From NCBI GenBank assembly GCA_037310415.1, contig CP147780.1, forward strand, positions 416,001-480,000: a stretch of DNA of 64,000 bases, written 5' to 3'. Under the pieces are notes generated by a model. The model made no database searches and was not told the DNA's origin. It was given only the letters and a program-made list of their open reading frames with translations. The translations under genes and the position numbers were made by a program. Shown here in pieces: positions 31,257 to 40,876 of the stretch. This DNA is from Candidatus Atabeyarchaeum deiterrae. GTDB taxonomy: Archaea; Asgardarchaeota; Atabeyarchaeia; Atabeyarchaeales; Atabeyarchaeaceae. Within the stretch, counting starts at the first letter, position 1; every line of letters starts with the position of its first letter.

Positions 31257-32912
31257 TTAAAGCATTTCGCCTCCAACCAGGCGATCAGACACAGTTTCTG
31301 TTATTTGAACTTTTAGCCTCTTTCCTGGTTCGATATTCTTCTCACGTATTAAAACAACTGGTCCATCCGAAACTGGATAAGTGACAGTCCCCTTTCTTTC
31401 TCCTTGACTGATGTATTTGAACGCCATAACGTCAAGCGTCTTTCCTATGAGCCCTCTTTTCAACTCCATATTCAGTCGGCGAGCGACCTTCTCGATTGTC
31501 TTACTCTCTCGGCTCTTTCTCGCAGGGGGAGCAGGTGGGAATCTCTCGAAGGCAGATAGAGGCAGCGGCTTAAATCGGTATAAGGTTATCTTCTCCGCGC
31601 CCTCATTTGCGATTTCTATCATTGCCTCTACCGTTCTCCTTGCTGTCTCAGCTGTTTGCTCTGGGAGACCGTGAATGAAATATACATAAGGTCTCAGTCC
31701 GTGTCTCACAGCGCTTCTGACTGCATTCAGTGTCTGAATCGGGCTTGATGGTCGTCCAAGTCTGAAGGAGTGTTCCTCGGAGCCAGTTTCGCAACCTAAG
31801 TGTATGGTTGAGTTAGGAAGGTGCTCAGCGATCACAGAAGCAACTTCGTCGTCAAATAGAGAGGGTTTAATATTCTCGGCAGAAAAGTACACATAATCTG
31901 TTTTGGGGACACCAATCATGGGTGGGATCGACGTCAACTTAGATAGAAGACTCTCGATCTTTCCTATGTTTGGTCCCGGATGATTTGGATCTGACAAAGG
32001 TTGAGGAGCGACCATTTCGTCTCTTCCATAATCTAAGAAATCACTTGCGGACAGCGTTATTCTTCTGACACCAGATCTGACTAATTCCCTGACCTCTTTT
32101 ACTATCTCTATTTCTTTCCTGCTTCGAGAACAACCGAAAACAGTCGGCACACTGCAGAAGCCACATCCAGGGGGAATGTTGGCTGGGCACTCTGTTCTTG
32201 CCTCCAAATCCCTGCCTCGACATTTGTCACATTCGATGCATGGGCTTCCGTCTGGGAGAGGGATCGATGTTCTTAGAAAATTCGAGCAACCACGAGCGAT
32301 TTCGACATAGAATTTGAGTGCACGGAAGGCAGGGTAATCTCTAATGCAGCGGGTCGAGGGGCTAAACGTGTCTAGGGCTTCGCTCCTTTGAATCTGATGT
32401 CGATAGCCAGTCGAGTCGCGAGTCCATCGAGTAAATTCTTTGTCTCCACTCTGATATCCAACTCCGTCTAACATTACAGTCTTCCTGTGTCCCGCCAACT
32501 TACTTTCTCCTAATCTATCATCGAGCAGCCTCTGGATACTGATCTCTCCTTCTCCAACAACGGCAATATCGAAGCCGAGATTAAACAGGAGTTTAGGTCT
32601 GCCTGCAATCGGACCTCCGATGATAGCTAGTTGGCTCCTATGCTTGATTCTCCAACAATTGATGATCTTCTGAACCGCCTGCAAGTCTATGGTCATTGCA
32701 CTAACCATTAGTAAGTCATAATCATCCATCAAACTGGGTTGGTTTATTGCATATTCTGCAAGCACTATTTTCACGTCTAGCCTATTGCTTTCAAGAACCC
32801 CCGCTATGCGTCTGGGACCGCATCCGATTGCATCTGTAGAGGAGTGCCTTACGCCGCTTGAAGCGCCCAGAGCATCAACAATGAGTGCCTTCATGTTTCT
32901 CTCCATTCTCAT
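31257..32912 (-). CDS. B12-binding radical SAM protein with Cys-rich insert and C-terminal TRAM-like domain
   Basis: IIGGP, VVGEGE, RGCSN...CIEC..C...GCGFC, GCETGS. Confidence 0.82.
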   Translation of the reverse strand: MRMERNMKALIVDALGASSGVRHSSTDAIGCGPRRIAGVLESNRLDVKIVLAEYAINQPSLMDDYDLLMVSAMTIDLQAVQKIINCWRIKHRSQLAIIGGPIAGRPKLLFNLGFDIAVVGEGEISIQRLLDDRLGESKLAGHRKTVMLDGVGYQSGDKEFTRWTRDSTGYRHQIQRSEALDTFSPSTRCIRDYPAFRALKFYVEIARGCSNFLRTSIPLPDGSPCIECDKCRGRDLEARTECPANIPPGCGFCSVPTVFGCSRSRKEIEIVKEVRELVRSGVRRITLSASDFLDYGRDEMVAPQPLSDPNHPGPNIGKIESLLSKLTSIPPMIGVPKTDYVYFSAENIKPSLFDDEVASVIAEHLPNSTIHLGCETGSEEHSFRLGRPSSPIQTLNAVRSAVRHGLRPYVYFIHGLPEQTAETARRTVEAMIEIANEGAEKITLYRFKPLPLSAFERFPPAPPARKSRESKTIEKVARRLNMELKRGLIGKTLDVMAFKYISQGERKGTVTYPVSDGPVVLIREKNIEPGKRLKVQITETVSDRLVGGEML

Positions 32913-33047
32913 AATGACGTGGTTAGCATTTCTGCTAGATGGATTGGAATGTTGCTTTTAGAAAATGCTTAAATATCAAACTAACAGAATAGGATTCACA
33001 GAATGTGTATTTGAAGATTCTCAGGAAAATGATAGGTCGATAACCTT

Positions 33048-33356
33048 ATGGGCGAAATCTGCCCTACATGTGGGCTACCCAAAGATCTTTGCGTCTGCCA
33101 AGAGATTGTTAAAGAAGAGCAGAGGATCAAAGTCCGCGTCGAAAGGAGAAAATGGCACAAAGAAATGACTGTGATCGAGGGAATCAAGGAAAAAGAAGTG
33201 GATCTGCACGATTTGGCCACGAAGCTCAAGAACAAGTGTGCATGCGGCGGTACGGCGAAGTTGGGCAGAATTGAGTTGCAGGGCGATCACAAGGAAGAGG
33301 TAAAAGGTTTTCTTGTGCAACTTGGTTTTCCGGATCAGAACATAGACGTTCAGTGA
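33048..33356 (+). CDS. Translation initiation factor aIF1 (SUI1)
   Basis: CPTCGLPKDLCVC, CACGGT, IELQGDH. Confidence 0.94.
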   Translation: MGEICPTCGLPKDLCVCQEIVKEEQRIKVRVERRKWHKEMTVIEGIKEKEVDLHDLATKLKNKCACGGTAKLGRIELQGDHKEEVKGFLVQLGFPDQNIDVQ

Positions 33357-33641
33357 GTCGTGTGCATTCTCTTTCGCCACTAGTATTATAGCATTGCTAG
33401 CGGCTTTGACTGGCAAAAAACAAGGCAATCGTTAGGTGGGACTGGTATTCTCTCTTTCCACTCCATTCCAACGCTTGTCAATTGGACACTTAGCAGGTGA
33501 CTTCTGTGAAGACTGTAGAACAGAGTATAAAAAATCTAAATAGAGTGTCCACTTTCTACACCTCTGTGAAAGGTGATAAAGAGTAAGCTATATCTATGAT
33601 CCCAGTCGAAAGTATAGTGTCCGTCAGGGGGTCGAGTAAAT

Positions 33642-34667
33642 ATGCTGAGGCTCGGAATAAACGGATTCGGAAGAATCGGCAGGAACTTCATCAGAGCTGC
33701 ATTCAAGGATAGTTCTTTTACCGAAGAATTCGAAGTCATGGCGGTCAACGATATTACTGATGCAAAGACATTGGCATATCTTTTCAAGTACGACTCTGCG
33801 CTTGGAGTCTACAGCGGCGATGTGTCTTCCCCAGATGACAACACAATCATCATAGATGGGAAGAAGCTCAAGGTCTTGCGCCAAAACGACCCTGCAAAGC
33901 TTCCTTGGAAGGAGCTATCAGTCAGTATAGTTCTCGAGTCTACTGGCAAATTCACCGCGAAGGCCGATGCTGACAAACATATTCAGGCAGGAGCTAAGAA
34001 AGTAGTCATTTCTGCACCTTCGAAAGATGCAGATGCAACAATAGTAATGGGAGTAAACCAATCCAAATACGAATCGGCCAAACACAACGTGATCTCCATG
34101 GCGTCTTGCACAACTGGTGCCCTAGCACCTGTTGCGAAGGTTCTAAACGATAAGTTTGGAATCGAGAAAGGTTTTATGACCACGGCACACGCTTATACGA
34201 TGGATCAGAAGCTCCTCGATGCCCCGCACAGTGACCTTCGCCGCGCAAGGGCTGCCGCAGTCTCGATTATTCCGACCACTACAGGTGCCGCATCAGCCAT
34301 CGGGATGGTTTTGCCTGAGCTAGAGGGAAAGCTAGACGGGTTAGCTTTGAGAGTCCCCGTTCCTGATGTTTCAATTAATGACCTCGTCGTTCTCCTGAAG
34401 AAACAGGTAACTCTTCAAGAGGTGAAGGACGCTCTAAAGAGTGCTTCGATAACCAGTCTCAAGGGGATCATTGAATACACGGAGGAATCCCTTGTCTCAA
34501 TCGATGTACTTCACAACCCTCACTCATCGATTGTGGATGGGCTGAGTATAAACGTGCTTGGTAAGAAGAATAATCTGGTTAAGGTTCTTGCTTGGTACGA
34601 CAACGAATGGGGTTACTCGTGTAGGCTAGTGGATCTAATTAAATACATCGGAGGATATATGAACTAG
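33642..34667 (+). CDS. gap: Type I (bacterial/eukaryotic-type) glyceraldehyde-3-phosphate dehydrogenase
   Basis: INGFGRIGR, ESTGKF, ASCTT, RVPVP, WYDNEWGYS. Confidence 0.94.
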   Translation: MLRLGINGFGRIGRNFIRAAFKDSSFTEEFEVMAVNDITDAKTLAYLFKYDSALGVYSGDVSSPDDNTIIIDGKKLKVLRQNDPAKLPWKELSVSIVLESTGKFTAKADADKHIQAGAKKVVISAPSKDADATIVMGVNQSKYESAKHNVISMASCTTGALAPVAKVLNDKFGIEKGFMTTAHAYTMDQKLLDAPHSDLRRARAAAVSIIPTTTGAASAIGMVLPELEGKLDGLALRVPVPDVSINDLVVLLKKQVTLQEVKDALKSASITSLKGIIEYTEESLVSIDVLHNPHSSIVDGLSINVLGKKNNLVKVLAWYDNEWGYSCRLVDLIKYIGGYMN

Positions 34668-34797
34668 ACCGACCGTGGAACGCGCATGAGCGGTCGGTGG
34701 ATATGCAGAGGATAAGTAAGGTTTCGAGTTATCTCGAATCCGAAATAGTATGGAAGCCCAGAGCAATTGGAAAGTGGCAAAGGTAGGGTGTCAACAT

Positions 34798-35982
34798 ATG
34801 TATTTGATTGGTGAGGCGTTGGTAGGAGAAGGAGATGAGCTGGCACACATTGACCTCATAGTGGGGGACAAGAATGGACCTGTGGGACAAGCCTTCGCTA
34901 GTAGCTTCTCAAATCTTTCTGCCGGCCATACTCCCGTACTTGCTGTGATTCGTCCTAACTTGCCGTCAAAGCCTTTCACTCTTGTAGTCCCTAAGGTTAC
35001 AGTGAAAGACTTGGATCAAGCGAATAGAATATTCGGTCCTGCTCAAGCAGCTGTGGCAAAAGCCATAGCCGATGCCGTCGAGGAAGGTATTGTTCCCAAG
35101 GACGCAGTTGAAGACATGGTAATCATAGCATCTGTTTTTGTTCACCCAAATGCTAGTGATTACAGAAAGATATATCACTACAACTATGGGGCGACGAAAT
35201 TGGCTTTGAAGAGGGCTTTGACAGGATATCCAGATCTAGACAAGATTATGTATGAGAAAGATAGAGCCAAACACCCGATAATGGGGTTCAAGGTTCCAAG
35301 ACTTTGGAGACCTCCTTACCTCCAGATAGCTTTGGATGTCCCAGATGTTCAAAGGACAATGAAAGTTATCGAAGCCACGCCTAGAAGTGATAGGATAATT
35401 CTTGAAGCAGGAACTCCTCTCATCAAGAAGTATGGTGCAAGTGTAATAAAGGAACTGCGGACAGTCGCAAAGGACGTCTTCATTGTAGCTGATTTAAAGA
35501 CACTAGATGTCGGCAAGGTCGAAGTGGACATCGCTTACGATCAGACCGCGGATGCAGTTGTCGCATCTGGCTTGGCAGCTGCCGCGACGCTTGATGGCTT
35601 CATATATGAGGCGCAGAAACTTGGGGTATACGCAATGCTGGATATGATGAATGTCGATGATCCGATAAAGAAACTTTCTTCATTGAAGGAATTGCCTGAC
35701 GTAGTGATTCTTCACCGCTCGATAGATGTTGAGAGAGCGGGCGGGGAAGGTACGTGGAATATCAAGGAGATAAGAGAGGCTTTCAAGGGAAAGAAGATTC
35801 TTGTTGCCGTGGCAGGCGGCATTACTCCTGACAAGGTAGCTCCTGCTCTCAAACAAGGCGCGGACATACTTATTGTTGGCAGGTATATCACACAGTCCAA
35901 AGATATTGAGAGATCAGTACGCGAATTCATAACGAAGCTCCCAGAGTCTGAGATCGATCTGCTTCGTGAGCATGTTGAATAG
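34798..35982 (+). CDS. fae-hps: Bifunctional formaldehyde-activating enzyme / 3-hexulose-6-phosphate synthase
   Basis: GEALVG..AHIDL and [10 protein letters not shown] (Fae); LQIALD, EAGTPL, DLKTLD (Hps). Confidence 0.92.
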   Translation: MYLIGEALVGEGDELAHIDLIVGDKNGPVGQAFASSFSNLSAGHTPVLAVIRPNLPSKPFTLVVPKVTVKDLDQANRIFGPAQAAVAKAIADAVEEGIVPKDAVEDMVIIASVFVHPNASDYRKIYHYNYGATKLALKRALTGYPDLDKIMYEKDRAKHPIMGFKVPRLWRPPYLQIALDVPDVQRTMKVIEATPRSDRIILEAGTPLIKKYGASVIKELRTVAKDVFIVADLKTLDVGKVEVDIAYDQTADAVVASGLAAAATLDGFIYEAQKLGVYAMLDMMNVDDPIKKLSSLKELPDVVILHRSIDVERAGGEGTWNIKEIREAFKGKKILVAVAGGITPDKVAPALKQGADILIVGRYITQSKDIERSVREFITKLPESEIDLLREHVE

Positions 35983-36221
35983 CCCCATCTTCAACCTTCC
36001 CCCTTTCTAATATTTGGGGAACGTTCCGCAATCGGAAAAATGTTGGGTAGAGCCCAGTTCTTTTTCCTTGATCTTGTCCATTGCATTCTAAGGAACTGGA
36101 TTCGCTATAATCGCTCTTAGAGCGGTTTTTGGAGTCTGGTCTGTTGGAGTTTATATCTCTTCTTTTTCTCAACGATAAGATTGAGAGGAATTCCGACAGA
36201 TAACTGCAGTGGTGGCACGAG

Positions 36222-37730
36222 ATGTCTCGTTCAAAGAAGATACCAGCACTACTAATCCTACTGACTATCACTCTATTCGCGCTGCCAGTCAGCAGTAGTA
36301 GAGCGCAGAGCGAAATGATTTACATCTACTATGTCCAGACTAGCCCAGCTGTTTATGAGATTGGAGAACAAGTGAACGCATCAGCTGCTTGGTATGTTGA
36401 CTATGGGGGTGGCACTCAGTGTAGTGAAGGAGCCATTTCTATATACAACGACAGCTCCTCCACCAGCGCCTTAGCATTCCAACGGTGGGAAAACGAGCCC
36501 CAAGGACACTGTGTTCACCAAACGTTTTTGTTGTTGAACCCTAACGATTGGAGTCCGGGGGAAAACGGGCAGAATGGAGTCGCTAAAGCGTCGCTATCCT
36601 TGCCGCTAGGAAATGACGAGCATTTATCTCAAAATGTGACGTTTGTTGTCACACGCGCCCGACAGAACTGCTCCCTCATTGCAGTAACTTCTACCCAACC
36701 TCCTAGAGATCTGAACTCAGTATCGATTTTGTTTAGAGTGTACAATAGAAACAACTCATCTTTCGGAGTAGGCTTGAACCCTGTCGAATATAGCATCATT
36801 GATCCACTTAACCGCACAATTGTGGCAGATAATGTTACCTTCTCGAATGCTAACGGCGACTTCAGGATTACTTTCAACCCGAACTTCATGAGTGGAAAAT
36901 ACACGGTATCTCTAACGAGTTCTGGGAGTTCGAGGTATCTTGAAGGTAGATTCTCTTTTATGCTTTCTGTCTGGGAATTATGCATAGTTGACGTAGCCAG
37001 CATTCCACAAATAGTTAGTTTCGATCACAATTATAGCGCCAAATACATTTTTCTAGACTCACTCTCCAAAATACCAGTCTCCAATGTCACGGTTACAATA
37101 AGAATAAACGGTTTTCTTCTCATTAGTGGAATCACTGATTGCGACGGAGCGGTAATACTTGGAATCCGTATTTCCAAGGATAGATGCAGGGCAGGTGAGA
37201 ACTCAACATTACTTATTCAAGCATTCACCGTATCTAGTGAGGGCATCTGCTATTGCTACTCTAATAACAGAACTCTTGTCTGCAAGGTGGGGACAGCGAC
37301 GGTTCTAAGGGTCTCCCAACAGGGAATACTTGAAAGTGGCGAAACGATACTCCTTTCTGCACAACTGCTGTCTTTGAACTCAACTCCGATTGAAGGCGGT
37401 TGCCTGATATTTGCGGAATTCGAGAACCGGGAGAGCAATCCCACCAATCGTTATACTAAGGAAACAGATGCAGAAGGTATTTGCACAGTTCTCTTGAAAA
37501 CGTCAAATCCAGGAGTGTTCACTATCATCGTAAGCTTTGAAGGAAACAACACATATGATTCCTCGAACGAAACTTGCTCGTTCTTAGTTCTTCCTACTTC
37601 GCAGGAGCGCTTCTTCTCGTCAGTCCCTGTTACCGCATTGACAGTCATTTTCTCAGTAATCCTTTCATTGAAAGCAATGAAAGCACGACGAAAAGTGAAG
37701 TGGCGTGAGCTGATCATCCGAGAAGTCTGA
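36222..37730 (+). CDS. Secreted / surface protein with Ig-like repeats and C-terminal TM anchor
   Basis: Signal peptide, repeated T-D/N-x-x-G beta motifs, many NxS/T sequons, C-terminal TM followed by basic tail. Confidence 0.75.
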   Translation: MSRSKKIPALLILLTITLFALPVSSSRAQSEMIYIYYVQTSPAVYEIGEQVNASAAWYVDYGGGTQCSEGAISIYNDSSSTSALAFQRWENEPQGHCVHQTFLLLNPNDWSPGENGQNGVAKASLSLPLGNDEHLSQNVTFVVTRARQNCSLIAVTSTQPPRDLNSVSILFRVYNRNNSSFGVGLNPVEYSIIDPLNRTIVADNVTFSNANGDFRITFNPNFMSGKYTVSLTSSGSSRYLEGRFSFMLSVWELCIVDVASIPQIVSFDHNYSAKYIFLDSLSKIPVSNVTVTIRINGFLLISGITDCDGAVILGIRISKDRCRAGENSTLLIQAFTVSSEGICYCYSNNRTLVCKVGTATVLRVSQQGILESGETILLSAQLLSLNSTPIEGGCLIFAEFENRESNPTNRYTKETDAEGICTVLLKTSNPGVFTIIVSFEGNNTYDSSNETCSFLVLPTSQERFFSSVPVTALTVIFSVILSLKAMKARRKVKWRELIIREV

Positions 37731-37789
37731 AGTGTCAATTCCTATCCCTGACATGAGAGAGGACGTCATGAGTCGAGCACGGTGACTCT

Positions 37790-38248
37790 TCACTCAAGAG
37801 CATTTTCTTCGACCCAGCGTTCCGTAGCTTTTCCAGTCGTCTTGTCCATGAGATGCTCCTTTTTGAAGAGAGGCGATTCATGTTTGTATCTTTCAACGGC
37901 TTCCTCCAAGACCTCGAATACCTCGTTCCTGTGTGCTCCAGATACGACTGCGTAGACCAAGTCTTCACTTGGCTCAAATTCTCCTAGATTGTGGAATATT
38001 CTGACGTCGATTATTCCTTTCTTTTTGCTCAAGTCTGAGCTTATCCGAGATAATGATTGATTAGCCTTCTCTTCGTATGCATCAACTTCTAGTTTCGTAA
38101 CCTCTTGCCCATCCAGACTTTTGCGTCTGACAACACCTATGAAGATTCCGACAGCTCCGACCTCTCCGAAATTCGGGATATCTCTGAGGCTCCTCAGAAT
38201 GTCATCTAAAGACAACTCGCCTTTCTTACAGATTCCACTCTGTTTCAT
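37790..38248 (-). CDS. moaE: Molybdopterin synthase catalytic subunit
   Basis: GAVGIFIGVVR, GAHR.E.F, PLFKKE, W.E. Confidence 0.9.
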   Translation of the reverse strand: MKQSGICKKGELSLDDILRSLRDIPNFGEVGAVGIFIGVVRRKSLDGQEVTKLEVDAYEEKANQSLSRISSDLSKKKGIIDVRIFHNLGEFEPSEDLVYAVVSGAHRNEVFEVLEEAVERYKHESPLFKKEHLMDKTTGKATERWVEENALE

Positions 38249-38479
38249 CCAAAAACCCCCTAGTCAAATTCCGGTCAACCGTGATCCATTTTAGTTAGAA
38301 GGTGTATAGCATGCATTTCCTTTACAAGGACTCCCTATATGCTGGCGCATAAACCAGCCCACCCAATCAGACAGGAGATAACTAATGCTTCTTAAGTAGT
38401 TGCCTTACACAAGTGTTCATCGCCGTTCAGCAATTCTTTTAAACCATGAAGTCTTCATACCAAGAACGAGAATATGCAT

Positions 38480-38654
38480 GCAGGGGTAGCCAAGCCGGTC
38501 AAAAAGCAAGGTTTCGGCCTAAGGCGGTGGACTCAAGATCCACTCTCGAAATGGATGAAACGCAAAGAGGCTAAAAATGCGTTCCACGGGAAGGAGTTCG
38601 AGGGTTCGAACATCCTCTTTCACAAGAGGTTTGGAAATCCCTCCCCCTGCACCA
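38480..38654 (+). tRNA. tRNA-Leu(CAA) with three BHB introns (38503-38521, 38551-38592, 38611-38637)
   Basis: Removing the three BHB-bounded inserts gives an 87-nt cloverleaf: GCAGGGG/CCCCTGC acceptor, GTGGA-CTCAAGA-TCCAC, long variable arm, encoded CCA. Confidence 0.93.
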
Positions 38655-38761
38655 ATAATCTGCTCAACAATATTCCCAAAGACTAACGCTTCAATACGCT
38701 TTCTGAATCATGTAGGTAAATCTCAGTTCGCAACATCAACTGTTGAAGTGTGAAATTACGG

Positions 38762-39442
38762 TCACTTCACATCCACTATCGTTCCGACCTTTTCCCCCTT
38801 TGCTGCAAGCAAAATGTTATTGGGATCAAAACCATTAACTACGATTACCTTTGCCTTCTGACTTTCAAGTATCTGAATCGATTGGAGATCCAATATCTGA
38901 TGCATTCCAGGTGTATGGGTTTCCTGAGTGACTGTCTTATAGAGGTCGATATAGGTTAGTTTGTCCAACTTCCTAGCGTCAGCGAACTTCTTAGGATCCT
39001 TGTCAAAGATACCATCTTGATCTGTTGCTTTTACCATGAGTTTTGAGCCAGTAGATCTGAGAACCAGAGCCGCGACAGTATCAGTTGTAATCCCCGGTTT
39101 CAACCCACCCATGACAACGATCTTACCAGCGACAAGTAGCCTCCTAACCTCCTCAACAGTAGAAGGAATCTGCCTTGAACTGTACTCACGAAGCTCTCTA
39201 GCAAGCAATTGACAGTTCAACCTCGAAACCAAGATGGCGATCTCATCTTTATCCTCATCTGATAGCCCCATCTTCTGAGCAACAGATATAAACTCCCTCG
39301 CCACTTTACCACCGCCCACGACCACGACAAGCTCATGCCGCTCATTCTTGAGCGATCTCAAGACTTCAGAATACCTGAGTATGAGTTCGGGATTCAATGG
39401 AGAGGCAATGACTGAGCCACCAATCTTAACCACGATTTTCAT
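38762..39442 (-). CDS. pyrH: UMP kinase
   Basis: VKIGGS, GGGKVAR, PGITTD, DGIFDKDP. Confidence 0.92.
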   Translation of the reverse strand: MKIVVKIGGSVIASPLNPELILRYSEVLRSLKNERHELVVVVGGGKVAREFISVAQKMGLSDEDKDEIAILVSRLNCQLLARELREYSSRQIPSTVEEVRRLLVAGKIVVMGGLKPGITTDTVAALVLRSTGSKLMVKATDQDGIFDKDPKKFADARKLDKLTYIDLYKTVTQETHTPGMHQILDLQSIQILESQKAKVIVVNGFDPNNILLAAKGEKVGTIVDVK

Positions 39443-39584
39443 TACTCAACCAACACCAGTGAGCGAATACATTCACGAAAGTTAAATACCTTGGTTGCTA
39501 AACGATATTTGAATAACCACTTTACGATTATATCAGTGTTACCTGTCCAACGCAAGAAAGCTATTACGGGGAGAAAAAGCAGAC

Positions 39585-40841
39585 ATGCCGAAGTACGACT
39601 CTTTCGAGAAGTTCAAACTTGAGAGGGAACTAGAAGCCCTTTCCAATAAGCATGGATTCCACACTGAACTTATCTCTCTCTACGTCCCTCCTGGAAAACA
39701 GCTCAGTGAAGTGACTAACAACTTGAAACAAGAATACGGCACATCAACAAACATAAAGTCGAAGTCCACGCGACAGCATGTACTCGATGCAATAACGACC
39801 ATCACACAAAGACTGAAGATGATGAAGACTGTTCCAGAAAACGGTCTAGCCATATTCTGTGGCGCGATCCCACAGAATGGGCAAGGAACCGAGAAAATGG
39901 AATTGTATCCGATAGTACCGCTGGAGCCAGTAAACATATACATTTACCGCTGTGACAACAAGTTCTACATCGATCCATTAAAAGACATGTTAAAGGAAAC
40001 AGAAACGTACGGCATAATCATGGTGGACCGGAGTGAGGCAGCTTTGGCCTCACTAAGAGGAAAGCATCTTGATGTTGTCAAAAGACTAACCTCTGGAGTC
40101 CCAAGCAAACACACCGCTGGCGGTCAGTCTCAGAGACGATTCGAAAGACTAATTGAGCAGGCAGTCCATGAATTCTTCAAGAGAGTCGGGGGACATGCAG
40201 ATGAGATATTTCTAAACGTGCCTGATCTAAAAGGAATTCTGATAGGAGGAGCTGGTCCAACCAAAGAGAGATTTGCCCAAGGGGGATTCATGAACTATCA
40301 GCTTCAGCAGAAAGTGCTTTCACTTGTCGACACTGGCAACTCGGGGGAAGATGGCATAGAGGAATTGATCGAGAATTCAAGTGAGCTCCTGAAAGGGGTG
40401 CGCTATACTGAAGAAAAGAAACTTGTACAGAGGTTCCTTGAACTCCTTGCAAAGGACACAGGACTTGCAGCTTACGGAGAGAAGGAAGTCCGGGAGCTTC
40501 TTAATCAAAGTACGGTGGATACACTTCTCCTGTCAGAGGCCCTAGATACTGTCAGAGTGACAGTGTCATGTGCCAGCTGTGGATATAAGAGAGAAGAGAC
40601 AATTCGCCAGTCTAATCTTAGCTCATTCCAGCAAACAGCTCAGAGTTCAACTTGTCCTAAGTGCAATTCCCCGCTTGCAGTAACCGAGACAAAGCCGATA
40701 CTAGATGATCTTGCAGAACTGGCTGAAAAGACGAATGCAAAGGTTGAAGTCATATCAACAGAGACTGAAGAGGGTCAGGAGCTAAAGCAAGGATTCGGGG
40801 GCGTGGCTGCCACACTAAGATACCGCCCTGCCAACTTATAA
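39585..40841 (+). CDS. prf1: Peptide chain release factor aRF1
   Basis: NIKS, YRCD, GGQS. Confidence 0.96.
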   Translation: MPKYDSFEKFKLERELEALSNKHGFHTELISLYVPPGKQLSEVTNNLKQEYGTSTNIKSKSTRQHVLDAITTITQRLKMMKTVPENGLAIFCGAIPQNGQGTEKMELYPIVPLEPVNIYIYRCDNKFYIDPLKDMLKETETYGIIMVDRSEAALASLRGKHLDVVKRLTSGVPSKHTAGGQSQRRFERLIEQAVHEFFKRVGGHADEIFLNVPDLKGILIGGAGPTKERFAQGGFMNYQLQQKVLSLVDTGNSGEDGIEELIENSSELLKGVRYTEEKKLVQRFLELLAKDTGLAAYGEKEVRELLNQSTVDTLLLSEALDTVRVTVSCASCGYKREETIRQSNLSSFQQTAQSSTCPKCNSPLAVTETKPILDDLAELAEKTNAKVEVISTETEEGQELKQGFGGVAATLRYRPANL

Positions 40842-40876
40842 CAGATTTAAATCCTGATAACTGCTCTTGTTCTGAG

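Noticed and set aside
38474-38686. 70-aa ORF, and similar ORFs over tRNA loci at 43721, 54576, 54886, 54995, 55893 and 55958
   Set aside because: They overlap intron-containing tRNA genes that explain the sequence
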